NCBI GenBank assembly: GCA_964394185.1
Contig: CAYMWM010000008.1
Location: 1 to 49,734 of the forward strand
DNA length: 49,734 nucleotides
From: an uncultured Smithella sp.
GTDB lineage: Bacteria > Desulfobacterota > Syntrophia > Syntrophales > Smithellaceae
Reading direction: 5' to 3'
The position numbers and the translations under genes were made by a program. How positions within the stretch are numbered: the stretch's first letter is position 1; every line of letters begins with the position of its first letter. Of the stretch, positions 37,688 through 47,444 are shown piece after piece. The notes beneath the pieces are model-generated. The model searched no databases and was not told the origin of the DNA. It was given only the letters and a program-made list of their open reading frames with translations.

Positions 37688-37754
37688 AATAATTTATGCC
37701 GGTGAAAAAAGGTTTCGTTTTCTCGCGATTATTTCAATATAATCGCAAATCTGA

Positions 37755-37958
37755 TTAATCGTGCGGATATTGATGGCCTGTTTCTTCCTGACTTATTTCC
37801 GTGCCCAGAAAAGTTTCAATGGCCAGCAGCAGTTCGATGGCGTCAATGCTGTCGAATTCGTATGTTTCGCGCAAATCGGCATCCATATCCGGATCTTCGA
37901 TTTCAAACTCCCGCCGAAATACATTTTTAACTTCGATTTCAATTTCCTGACGTGTCAT
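37755..37958 (-). CDS. acyl carrier protein; the ORF as given is truncated by an apparent 1-nt frame disruption
   Basis: Phosphopantetheine site FDSIDAIEL. The ACP-like C-terminus (QAINIRTINQICDYIEII...) continues in the +1 frame to a TAA at 37696-37694, 6 nt before the KAS ATG. Confidence 0.8.
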   Translation of the reverse strand: MTRQEIEIEVKNVFRREFEIEDPDMDADLRETYEFDSIDAIELLLAIETFLGTEISQEETGHQYPHD

Positions 37959-38046
37959 AGATTTGAATCAAACTTTCTGAAATTTATTCTTTCGACCTTT
38001 AGCAAATATCGTATTGCTTTTCAATGATTTATATTTATCATCTATG

Positions 38047-39513
38047 TCACTTGATTTCCTTGGAAAATCGCTCATCCCCGATTATTTGCCTTACAACGTT
38101 AAAAGATCCCATAATGCTGCCCATCACTCCCGGCGCCAAGGCGTTTTGTCCCGCCAGATACAAGCCGCCAAGGGGAACATTATTTAACGAAATGGCCTTG
38201 AATAACTGCCTTGATGATCTCGATATTCCATAACAGGCTCCTTCCGGAGCGCTGATATAATCCCTGATGGTCAGAGGAGTATAAACATCAATAATTTTGG
38301 CGTCCTTCAAATCGCCGAAAATTTCTTCAGCCTTTTTTAACAAGTTCTCGGCGATATTCAATTTCTTTTCTTCGTAATCGTTGTCCCGCCGGCCGGAAAC
38401 CGTATTTTCCCATTGATTCCATTCGCTGTATGGAGACTTGGTGATAATGGAAAGTAAATTGGAGTCTTTAGAAGCACCTCCGCGCAATTGATAAAATATT
38501 CCGTCATGGATGATGCCGTTTTCATCGCTATGCAGCCTGTAAATGTTATAGTTTGTTTCGGGATGTATCGCTGCATTTACGCTTACCTGAACCCCGATAA
38601 CACCTTGAGTTTCCTCCAGTGTTCTTACGCGGCGGCAATAAGAGATTCTTAAAGCATTTTCATCCAGCAATTTCAGCAATGTTTTTGGATGGATGGCGGC
38701 AATAACCATGTCGGCAAGAAGAGTTTTGTCAGAATCCAAAACAACTCCGTTTACCTTGCCTTCAGCAAAATTTATTTTTTTAATGCCGTCATTCAGGATA
38801 AGTTTACCGCCCAGTTCCTTAAAGCGGCGAATAAAGACGTCTGTCATTTTATTGCCGCCTTCCTTGAGTCTCCAAGAGGAAAAGAGGTAGCTTGCTAAAA
38901 CCATGTGATGGAAAATAATCGGGCATTCATCAAGGGGTACGCCGATCAGATTGCAGGGCACCGATAATACCGCCCGTAATCCCGGAGATGATTCCAGAGC
39001 ATTCAGCACCTCACCCATTGGTTGGAAATAGTCCAGGTTCTGAAAGGGATCACCCTGATTGAGCAGAAGAGAAAAATCCATCATGCGCCGGGAAATTTCA
39101 CGCAGATTTTTCATGACGACATCCAGCGCCTTTATTTCCTCAGGAAAGATATGTTTTAACCTTTTTTCAAATTCATCAATTCCTAGAGGCAAGTCGAATG
39201 AAAAACCATCGAAAATGTAGCGGTCAATCAAACCATCCTGCCCCATGGGGGTAAACAATTCCTCAACCGGTATGCCCAGTATACGAAACATTTCGCCCAG
39301 GGGTTCCCTATCTCCCAGCGCGCCGACATAGTGTACGCCAACCGGGCAGTCAAATCCGGCTCGCCGGTAAGATCGCATCAAACCGCCGGGCAGAGGATTC
39401 TTTTCCACAATGGTCACGCGGAAATTTAAAAGGGACAGAAGAATACCCGCACTCAGGCCGCCGATACCGGCACCAATGATAACAATATTCTTGCCCTCAA
39501 CTGGATTTCTCAT
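38047..39513 (-). CDS. FAD/NAD(P)-binding oxidoreductase (phytoene-desaturase-like)
   Basis: N-terminal Rossmann motif IVIIGAGIGGLSAG. 488 aa. Confidence 0.8.
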   Translation of the reverse strand: MRNPVEGKNIVIIGAGIGGLSAGILLSLLNFRVTIVEKNPLPGGLMRSYRRAGFDCPVGVHYVGALGDREPLGEMFRILGIPVEELFTPMGQDGLIDRYIFDGFSFDLPLGIDEFEKRLKHIFPEEIKALDVVMKNLREISRRMMDFSLLLNQGDPFQNLDYFQPMGEVLNALESSPGLRAVLSVPCNLIGVPLDECPIIFHHMVLASYLFSSWRLKEGGNKMTDVFIRRFKELGGKLILNDGIKKINFAEGKVNGVVLDSDKTLLADMVIAAIHPKTLLKLLDENALRISYCRRVRTLEETQGVIGVQVSVNAAIHPETNYNIYRLHSDENGIIHDGIFYQLRGGASKDSNLLSIITKSPYSEWNQWENTVSGRRDNDYEEKKLNIAENLLKKAEEIFGDLKDAKIIDVYTPLTIRDYISAPEGACYGISRSSRQLFKAISLNNVPLGGLYLAGQNALAPGVMGSIMGSFNVVRQIIGDERFSKEIK

Positions 39514-39533
39514 TACGGGATTCCTTCATTTTC

Positions 39534-40202
39534 TTAATCTCTTATTTTTTTAACCTTTTTGAAAGATTTGGCTTCAATCAGATTCATCACAAGCGAATAA
39601 TCAAATGCTTCATAGGCGCGTAGCTCAATGTGCTGATAAAAGCTTTTTGCCATTTTATCAAAAAGGATATGCCTTTTCAGAGCGCTGGATGATGAGTAGC
39701 GCTTAATCTCTGCGCCCGCCGATTCATTTTTTATTACATCAATTGAATCACCGTTTTTTTGAAGATAACGACAGACGGTTGCTCCATCAGGTAAATAACC
39801 TCTGTGCTTAATTTCCCCTTCCGGTTCGAAAAAAATCAATTGGATGTCATCAATCATATTTTTCGCAAAATCACTGGTATTAAAGGGCGGCAGTGCGCGG
39901 TTGACTTTGAGTCCTCCGGATGTTGACTCGGCTTCAAACAATACCATTCCTTCCGCGGTTAAAATGGCGCAGGAAACCGAACGGGTGGCAGGATCAGCCA
40001 CCGTTATACCGATGACAGAGCTTCTTACCTCTCCTGCCACGCGGACTTCCATCGTGTGCGTCAAACGGTACTTTTCCTTTAAAAAAGGATAGGGACAGGT
40101 GGACGACTTATCGCTGCTTAAAGAAGACGGTGAATGAATGGTCGGCAGTGTCTGACAGGAGAAAAGAAAAACGGTTATGATTAAAAGAGATAATCTCTTC
40201 AT
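39534..40202 (-). CDS. lipoprotein, possibly DUF3261-like
   Basis: Signal peptide with lipobox (LFSC). The position next to a LolA-like gene matches aryl-polyene-type clusters. Confidence 0.6.
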   Translation of the reverse strand: MKRLSLLIITVFLFSCQTLPTIHSPSSLSSDKSSTCPYPFLKEKYRLTHTMEVRVAGEVRSSVIGITVADPATRSVSCAILTAEGMVLFEAESTSGGLKVNRALPPFNTSDFAKNMIDDIQLIFFEPEGEIKHRGYLPDGATVCRYLQKNGDSIDVIKNESAGAEIKRYSSSSALKRHILFDKMAKSFYQHIELRAYEAFDYSLVMNLIEAKSFKKVKKIRD

Positions 40203-40840
40203 TGAACATCCTGAAATAAGGTTGGGCTGATGGCTTTATTGATTTTTACATTGTTAAAATTTATCTGCGTAAAGTTATCGACGCCCTCAATTATTTTTAC
40301 TGTTTTGACGACTCCTTCCTTCGAAGAGAGAGTGATTTCTATTTTTTGAATAAAATCAGCCATGCTTTTTTCCACCGGAATCAGCATAATTTTAGTGCTC
40401 CCCGCTTTGCTGATGCTTGCTTTGAAGGAGGGATTCTGATCGAATCTGCCGTTCATCCAGCCCGCAACTTCATTGAGTACGATTTTCATGGCCTGAGCGC
40501 CGCCCGTTTTATCTTCGATCATTTTCCCGTCGGCATAAATATACCGTCTGGTGGCATTTTTATGGGCGATGACTATGCTTTTTAATGGTTTGAAATATTC
40601 CCAGCGGAAAGAGTCGGGCACGATAAAATAAAATCGTCCTTCCGATACAAGAGGTTTGGCCAGAATTTTCATGAATTTTTTTTGGATGAAATCAGCCTGG
40701 AGAGTTTTTATTTTGACCGATTCCTGACGCAATTTTTCGGAATCAATTTCTCCCGCGTTGGAAAACCGGCTGAAAAGTAAAAAGACACCGGCGACTGTAC
40801 AAACAACAATATATAAAACACGGTCAATTCTCATCAACAT
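40199..40840 (-). CDS. LolA-like outer-membrane lipoprotein carrier family protein
   Basis: Signal/anchor followed by LQADFIQKKFMKILAKPLVSEGRFYF, typical of the LolA fold N-terminus. Confidence 0.7.
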   Translation of the reverse strand: MLMRIDRVLYIVVCTVAGVFLLFSRFSNAGEIDSEKLRQESVKIKTLQADFIQKKFMKILAKPLVSEGRFYFIVPDSFRWEYFKPLKSIVIAHKNATRRYIYADGKMIEDKTGGAQAMKIVLNEVAGWMNGRFDQNPSFKASISKAGSTKIMLIPVEKSMADFIQKIEITLSSKEGVVKTVKIIEGVDNFTQINFNNVKINKAISPTLFQDVQ

Positions 40841-41562
40841 ATACCGCCATTAATGCCTATGACCTGGCCGGTGACATAAGAGGCCTCATTGGAGCACAGG
40901 AAACGGATGACACCTGCTACTTCCTGAGGTTTGCCCAGGCGCGCCATGGGAATCATTTTCTTGATTTCGGCAACCGGCGCATCCTTAATCATATCGGTTT
41001 CAATCAAACCCGGAGCGACGACATTCACGCGAACACCGAAGCGCGCGACTTCCGTAGCCAGCGAGCGCGAAGCGGCAATAATGCCCGCCTTGGCCGCGGA
41101 GTAATTCGCTTGGCCGCGATTGGGCATGAGGGCGGAAAGAGAGGATACGGAAACGATGGAACCGCATTTGCGTCTGACCATTTCGCGCAGGATGGGTTTC
41201 GTCATATTATAAAATCCCTTCAGGCTGGTGTTGATGACGCTATCCCATTCTTCTTCGCCAAGCAGCATAAAAAGCCCGTCGGCTGTGACACCGGCATTAT
41301 TGACCAGAACCTGGATATTTTTATGACGTTCGGTAATTGATTTCAACGCGTTTTTGGTTTGCTCGTTATCAGCAACATCAAACTGAGCAAGCTCTCCATC
41401 TGAGCCGGCTGCTTTCACAAAATTCAAAGTTTCCATTGCGGCCGCTTCATTGGATTTAAAGTTGATAACTACATAATATCCGGCCCCAGCCAGTTCCATG
41501 GCAGTTGCCCGGCCGATCCCGCGACTGGCGCCGGTGACTATTGCTGTTTTATTCTCGTCCAT
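40834..41562 (-). CDS. 3-oxoacyl-ACP reductase (SDR, FabG-like)
   Basis: TGASRGIGRA cofactor motif, NNAG, catalytic YSAAKAG. Confidence 0.9.
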   Translation of the reverse strand: MDENKTAIVTGASRGIGRATAMELAGAGYYVVINFKSNEAAAMETLNFVKAAGSDGELAQFDVADNEQTKNALKSITERHKNIQVLVNNAGVTADGLFMLLGEEEWDSVINTSLKGFYNMTKPILREMVRRKCGSIVSVSSLSALMPNRGQANYSAAKAGIIAASRSLATEVARFGVRVNVVAPGLIETDMIKDAPVAEIKKMIPMARLGKPQEVAGVIRFLCSNEASYVTGQVIGINGGIC

Positions 41563-41583
41563 GAGTTGGTGCTCCTTAATATT

Positions 41584-42012
41584 TTACAGATTATCTTCAT
41601 TGAGGCGCATGGCCTGAAGAGTGGCCGTGGCCAGGACTTTCTCTCCCGATTTAATAATTCCCTCCACCACACCGTAATTATCGAAAGTATATTTACTTTC
41701 CAGCATAATAATTAGATTTGTATTAATCGGTATCCTGTCAATATTGAACTCCGCGTTTTTGATACCGACCAGCCATCCCTTTACACCGGATAGGCCCCGC
41801 TGTTTTCTCTTGTATCCTTCAATAATCGCGGCGGTCTGAGCAATGGCTTCGATTAACACAAGCGAGCTTACCGCTCCCTGATCATACAGCGGCCAGTTGG
41901 AATTTACAACGGCAGTACTCACGGCAGTATTTTCCTGAACATCAAGAATGCCGTTGATGATTTTTATTTTTTCCCTGTGAGGAATTAAACTGTCGATATC
42001 AATATTTAGCAT
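41584..42012 (-). CDS. hot-dog fold 3-hydroxyacyl-ACP dehydratase-like protein
   Basis: LIPHREKIKIIN start and 142-aa size resemble FabZ/ApeI-type dehydratases. Cluster context supports the call. Confidence 0.65.
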   Translation of the reverse strand: MLNIDIDSLIPHREKIKIINGILDVQENTAVSTAVVNSNWPLYDQGAVSSLVLIEAIAQTAAIIEGYKRKQRGLSGVKGWLVGIKNAEFNIDRIPINTNLIIMLESKYTFDNYGVVEGIIKSGEKVLATATLQAMRLNEDNL

Positions 42013-42240
42013 AGGTATTTTTTCACCAAATTTTATCTAAACTAATGAAAAAACCGTCTAGAAGTCAATAAGAATTGTTACTCATTTTATTGTAAGTGAA
42101 ATTTTTCTGATTTTGCGGTAAGAAATCATGAAGGAGATGAAACTCTGCTGGTTCATAATGCTACGAAAAGTTTTGTTTTTGGTATCTGAGTTTAATGAAA
42201 TTTGAAATTTACAAATATTCTTGATTAAAGTATCTGAACA

Positions 42241-43617
42241 ATGACGGGTTTGAAGAAAAATTCTTTCATAAATTTATATAACAAACTTCTGGCGCCTTCC
42301 GAGGCTACCTGCCTGAAAGAATTTACTTTCTCCGGATACAGTTACGACGATGTGTTTGCATTGGCCGCCGGTCTGAAGAAAAATATGGCTCGCCGCGGCA
42401 AGGATAATATTCTTTGCCTTTGCACGACCAATAAAGCCGTTACAGCCGCCTGCGTCCTGGCCTCCCTTGCGGGCGCCTGCAAGTTAATTCTGCCCCATTC
42501 TTTTTCCGCTCATGCTCTGACGGAGATGTATGAAGTTACGGGTTTTAACTTTGCCATAGCCGATCAACCCGAAGAATTACCGCCCGGAGTGGATATCATG
42601 ACGCCGCTACCCGCCGGGCCGGTCAATACCAGTCCCGATTCCCTGCGAAATCCGGACGAACCGTTCTTGTATCTTTTTACCGGTGGTTCCACCGGCAAGC
42701 CTAAAGTCTGGTCTAAATCTCCGCGAAATTTATTGGCGGAAGCTTTTTATTTAAAGGAAAAATTTTCCCTGTCGGATAATGATCTTTTCGTTGCCACTGT
42801 TCCGCCGTATCACATCTACGGATTGCTTTTTTCCGTTTTGGTTCCCTTTGTTGCCCATGCGCGGATCATGCCGGATATATACACCTTCCCTCAGGAAATC
42901 ATATCCACGATAAACAAGCATAAAGCCTCCGTTCTGATCAGCGTACCCATCCATTACCGTGTTCTGAAAGTTGATAATTTGTCTGTGCCTTCGCTGAAAA
43001 TCGCCTTTTCTTCCGCCGGCGCGCTGGATCGAGCCGATGGAATGTATTTTTATAAAAAAACGGGATTAGGAATAACCGAGATATATGGTTCCACCGAAAC
43101 CGGTGGTATTGCATCACGCAATATTAGCGAACAAACGGACAGATGGAAGGCGTTTGACGTTGTATCCTGGAAATTAAAGGAAAGCAGGCTCACCGTTAAA
43201 TCCGATTTCACTTCCAGGGAAATGGAACTGGATAGTGAGGGCTTTTGCCTGACCGGTGATGAAGCCCGTGAAGAAAAAGATAACAGTTTTATTTTATTGG
43301 GAAGAGCCGACGGCGTGGTCAAGGTGGCAGGAAAAAGGGTTGATCTGCTGGATGTGCAGAACAAAATAAAAACATTGCCGACTGTCAGTGACGCTGTTGT
43401 TATTGCATTACCTACCGATAAAGGCCGGGAAAGCGTTATTGCGGCGGTTGTTGCCTGTGATTTAACGGAAACCCACCTGAAAAAACTTATGATGGAGATG
43501 CTGGAGCCTTATGCCATTCCCCGCCGTGTTAAAATCGTTTCTTCCATAAACAGGACCGCTGCGGGTAAAATAGACCGCCACCGTATAGAAAAGTTATTCC
43601 TCAACGAGGGGAAATAG
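42241..43617 (+). CDS. AMP-dependent synthetase/ligase (adenylate-forming enzyme)
   Basis: LFTGGSTGKPKV (A3-like), YGSTETGG (A5-like), C-terminal AAGKIDR. Confidence 0.85.
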   Translation: MTGLKKNSFINLYNKLLAPSEATCLKEFTFSGYSYDDVFALAAGLKKNMARRGKDNILCLCTTNKAVTAACVLASLAGACKLILPHSFSAHALTEMYEVTGFNFAIADQPEELPPGVDIMTPLPAGPVNTSPDSLRNPDEPFLYLFTGGSTGKPKVWSKSPRNLLAEAFYLKEKFSLSDNDLFVATVPPYHIYGLLFSVLVPFVAHARIMPDIYTFPQEIISTINKHKASVLISVPIHYRVLKVDNLSVPSLKIAFSSAGALDRADGMYFYKKTGLGITEIYGSTETGGIASRNISEQTDRWKAFDVVSWKLKESRLTVKSDFTSREMELDSEGFCLTGDEAREEKDNSFILLGRADGVVKVAGKRVDLLDVQNKIKTLPTVSDAVVIALPTDKGRESVIAAVVACDLTETHLKKLMMEMLEPYAIPRRVKIVSSINRTAAGKIDRHRIEKLFLNEGK

Positions 43618-43826
43618 TATCACTTTTATCCTGACAGCAATGTAATCAGTAAATTTTTCCAATGAACGAATAATTATAACTAACGATAAGACCTTATGTT
43701 TTTTGTACTAAGTGTATTGTTATTTGTTTTTAGATATGATACTTTTAAAAACAATAAATAATTAAGTATCTTAATTAAGATTTTGTCCATAATTCTTTGC
43801 AATAACCGACGATTATTCATAAAATT

Positions 43827-45476
43827 ATGAACATAAAACTTCATCCCATAACACTCAGATTTACAGGCGAAGTCTCTCATCTTGAAGAACCGTTTTTAAG
43901 AAATTATTACAAAATATCACTTTCTCAAATACGTTTATTTCTAATCATGGGAGCTGTTCTTTACGCCGCTTTCGGTGTGCTGGACGCCCTGCTCATGCCT
44001 CAGCAGAAGTTTGTCATCTGGTTTGTTCGTTTTATTGTCATCGGTCCAGGGCTTGCCGGAGTCTTGCTTATATCTTATTCCTATGTTTTTGAAAAATATA
44101 TGCAGGCCGTTCTGGCTTTTGCCTTTACGATAGCCGGTGCAGGCATTATCAGCATGCTTGTTATCGCTCCACCGCCGGTGAGTTACAGCTATTACGCAGG
44201 AATGATGCTCGTGTTTATGTGGGGTTACACGCTGATTCGTCTTTTTTTTATATGGGCCTGCCTGGCAGGATTTATCCAGGTAGTGTTATATGAAATAGCC
44301 GCAGTCTGGATCAATCCAACGCCTTTGGATGTTTTTATCAACAACAATTTTTTCTTTATCAGTGCGAATATTGTAGGAATGATGGCCTGTTACGCTATTG
44401 AATTTTACGCGCGCCGCGATTTTTTTATGCAAAAAGCGCTGGAAAACGAGCGGGAAAACGTCAGCCGGATAAATGAGCAACTCGAAGATAGGGTTGTGAA
44501 GAGAACCGATGATTATCGCATCCTCAATCAGGCCCTTTTGCAGGAAATAAAAAATCATGAACAGGCCGAAGAGGCTTTACGGGAAAGCGAAGAAAGATAC
44601 CGGGCCTTGGTGGAAAACGCCAGTGATATGGTTTTCCGCATTGATAAAAAAGGATATTGTACTTTCGCCAATGTTTCAACGATTCGGATCACCGGATATA
44701 ACGAAGATGAAATTATCGGGAAACATTTTCTGGATCTTGTTCGCCCGGATAAGCGCGAGGAAGCAGCCGGTTTTTTCCGTCTTCAAGTTAAAGACGGAAT
44801 AAAAAACACATATTCTGAATATCCTGTTATCAAAAAGGATGGCAGTGAGATATGGCTGGGCCAGAATACGCAATTAATTATTGAAAATGGAGAGGTTGCG
44901 GGCTTTCAGGCGGTGTCCCGCGATATTACAGAACGCCGCCGGCTGGAAAAAGATTTAAAAGAGAGTGAAGAAAGATACCGTGAACTAAGCATTATTGATG
45001 ATCTTACCCAGCTTTATAATTCCAGATATTTTTATGGTCAGCTTCAAATGGAATTGGACAGGATTGAGCGCCATAATTATCCACTAACTCTTTTACTCCT
45101 CGATATTGATGATTTCAAAATATTTAACGATACCTACGGTCATATTGAAGGAGACCAGGTTTTAGTGCGTCTGGGGCGGGTTATCAAAGAATGCCTGCGA
45201 AAGGAGGATTCCGCCTATCGCTACGGAGGGGAGGAATTTACAATCATTCTGCCTATGACGACAAAAAAAGAAGGTGTTATCACTGCAGAAAGAATCAGGG
45301 CGGAATTAAAAAAAGAGAGTTTTTCTCCGATTCCTGATAAGAAAATCAACCTTACGGTCAGCATAGGACTTGCACAATATAATGAGAAAGAAAGTATAAA
45401 GGCTTTTGTCAACCGGGTTGATCATTTTATGTACCGTGGGAAAAAGAGCGGAAAAGACAGGATTTGTTTTGAATAA
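43827..45476 (+). CDS. membrane sensor / PAS / GGDEF diguanylate cyclase
   Basis: About six N-terminal hydrophobic helices, coiled coil, PAS (YRALVENASDMVFRID), active-site RYGGEEF. Confidence 0.9.
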   Translation: MNIKLHPITLRFTGEVSHLEEPFLRNYYKISLSQIRLFLIMGAVLYAAFGVLDALLMPQQKFVIWFVRFIVIGPGLAGVLLISYSYVFEKYMQAVLAFAFTIAGAGIISMLVIAPPPVSYSYYAGMMLVFMWGYTLIRLFFIWACLAGFIQVVLYEIAAVWINPTPLDVFINNNFFFISANIVGMMACYAIEFYARRDFFMQKALENERENVSRINEQLEDRVVKRTDDYRILNQALLQEIKNHEQAEEALRESEERYRALVENASDMVFRIDKKGYCTFANVSTIRITGYNEDEIIGKHFLDLVRPDKREEAAGFFRLQVKDGIKNTYSEYPVIKKDGSEIWLGQNTQLIIENGEVAGFQAVSRDITERRRLEKDLKESEERYRELSIIDDLTQLYNSRYFYGQLQMELDRIERHNYPLTLLLLDIDDFKIFNDTYGHIEGDQVLVRLGRVIKECLRKEDSAYRYGGEEFTIILPMTTKKEGVITAERIRAELKKESFSPIPDKKINLTVSIGLAQYNEKESIKAFVNRVDHFMYRGKKSGKDRICFE

Positions 45477-45550
45477 TAATTAAAATTGTTTTACTGATGA
45501 ACATATGCTTGGTTTCAACATGGAGCTTAACAAAAATTTGAGGAGAATCG

Positions 45551-46438
45551 ATGAGTCAGGAAATTGAATACTTGAAAATACTGGCTGAAAAAGGGGGGCC
45601 CGAGGAAAGTCAGTATGAAGACCTTGGCAAACTTTATAAAACAATAAATTCAAAGCGTAAAAAAGGGATTCTGAGCGAAAGTGAAGTGATGAGTATCTGG
45701 CAGGCCCTGCCGGATGTTTATATAACCAAAGACACCATGCAGGGATACGCCCTTTTGAAACCGCATGGATATTCAGGCGATTACGTCATCATTGAAAGAA
45801 TCTATCAACGCTGGCTGTCTCCAAAGGAACATCTCGCAAACTGGGATCGTTTTTTCCACGCTCAGGAAGCTCCGCGCGCACTGATTAACAGGAAAAAGTA
45901 TTTTCAGGATATTTTGTGTTCTCTTGAGAAAAAAGACGGCAAACTCGACGTATTAAATATTGGGTGTGGTCCGTGTCAGGATGTTGCTGAATTTTTATCA
46001 GAAAGGGACTCCCATATATATTTTGAATGCGTGGATTACGACAAAAATGCCATCGAATATTCACAAAATAAATTCAAGGAAAAAGGTTTTTTACACAGAA
46101 TAGAATTTCATCGTGATAACGCATTAAAATTCAGGCCGCCCAGACAATATGATTTAATATGGTCGGCTGGGCTTTTCGATTATCTGGATAAAAAGATTTT
46201 TAAAATGTTGTTATCCAGACAGCTTAATTTTATCAAGCCCGGAGGAGAAATTGTTATCGGCAATTTCTCCCTGGATAATCCAACTCGCGATTATATGGAG
46301 TGCGGGAATTGGTTTCTTTATCATCGTTCGCCCGACGATTTGTTCAAAATCGCAAGCGAATGCGGCGTTCCGGACGATCAAATATCCGTAAGATCGGAAT
46401 CACTGGGCGTGAATTTATTCCTGCATATCTCCAAATAA
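45551..46438 (+). CDS. class I SAM-dependent methyltransferase
   Basis: Motif I VLNIGCGPCQD. Acidic post-I residue (ECVDYD). Confidence 0.8.
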   Translation: MSQEIEYLKILAEKGGPEESQYEDLGKLYKTINSKRKKGILSESEVMSIWQALPDVYITKDTMQGYALLKPHGYSGDYVIIERIYQRWLSPKEHLANWDRFFHAQEAPRALINRKKYFQDILCSLEKKDGKLDVLNIGCGPCQDVAEFLSERDSHIYFECVDYDKNAIEYSQNKFKEKGFLHRIEFHRDNALKFRPPRQYDLIWSAGLFDYLDKKIFKMLLSRQLNFIKPGGEIVIGNFSLDNPTRDYMECGNWFLYHRSPDDLFKIASECGVPDDQISVRSESLGVNLFLHISK

Positions 46439-46499
46439 ATAGTCCTGTGCATTATTTAAAATAACAGTGCAAAGGATTGCCCTTGTCCTGTTTGCGTAA

Positions 46500-47063
46500 C
46501 TATCTCTTGTATCTTCCCATAAGTTGCGCTTCTGCCAGAATGTGTCCTTTCATGGCTGCAAGCAATTCATCTTTCGTTAATCCCGGTTTAAGATTGAGCA
46601 TCGTATCCAGAGCGTACAATTTAAAATAGTAGCGGTGGATGCCTCCCGGAGGACACGGGCCGTCATAACCCCAGTGGCGCGAAGTATTTTTGCCGTTTTT
46701 CCCCACTACCGCAATTTCCTCCTGCCGGGATATATTTTCCGGTAGAGCATTGACACTTGCCGGCATGTCAAAAAGCACCCAGTGTACCCAAAGGCCTACA
46801 GGAGCGTCAGGGTCATCACAGATAAGAGCGAAACTTTTTGTTTTTTCGGGAGCGTCGCTCCAGGAAAGCGGCGGGGAGATATTCTGACCGTCGCATGTAT
46901 ATTTTGCCGGTATCATATCTTCATGTTTAAACGATGAACTTTTTATTTCCATGGTTTTACCTCCTTTTGTTTTTGTGTTGATCTGATCTTTGGCCGGTAG
47001 TGTCTGTGCACCTCCGGCAATGAAACAAATATTCAGGAAAAAACAAAATAAATATCTCTCCAT
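46500..47063 (-). CDS. YbhB/YbcL-family PEBP (Raf kinase inhibitor-like) protein, probably secreted
   Basis: CDDPDAP and GIHRYYFKLYAL motifs. Signal-like N-terminus from MERYLFCFF (GGGAGG SD). A second strong SD (AAAGGAGGT) precedes the internal Met at 46952. Confidence 0.85.
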   Translation of the reverse strand: MERYLFCFFLNICFIAGGAQTLPAKDQINTKTKGGKTMEIKSSSFKHEDMIPAKYTCDGQNISPPLSWSDAPEKTKSFALICDDPDAPVGLWVHWVLFDMPASVNALPENISRQEEIAVVGKNGKNTSRHWGYDGPCPPGGIHRYYFKLYALDTMLNLKPGLTKDELLAAMKGHILAEAQLMGRYKR

Positions 47064-47444
47064 AAATGTGTTCCTCCCCAATTCATCTTTGTTTGATGAG
47101 ACGTAGTTTACCCCCGGATTTTCAGACCGTCAATAGAAGTTGTGAATAAGTTTTTACTAATGTTTTAATGAAAAAGTAAGGATATATTGATAATATGCCG
47201 ATATTGACATATCTTCTTTGATATGCAACCAGAAGATTTTAAATAGCAGGATTGACACATATGTTTATGATGATATCATAAAACAGTAACAGGTTCAGAA
47301 GGCTTTACAGGATATCTTCATTGCAATATTTGTATTTCCAGGACGGCATGATGGCTGACTATTGATGAAAATGATTGAGGGCATTGAAAGTGCTTAATTG
47401 TTGTGTGAAAATAAATCAATAACAACTAAAAAGGAGGTAGACTC

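Noticed and set aside
36542-37705. 173-, 144- and 178-aa plus-strand ORFs across the KAS gene.
   Set aside because: They are antisense to a KAS with intact Cys-His-His active-site motifs and have no independent signals.
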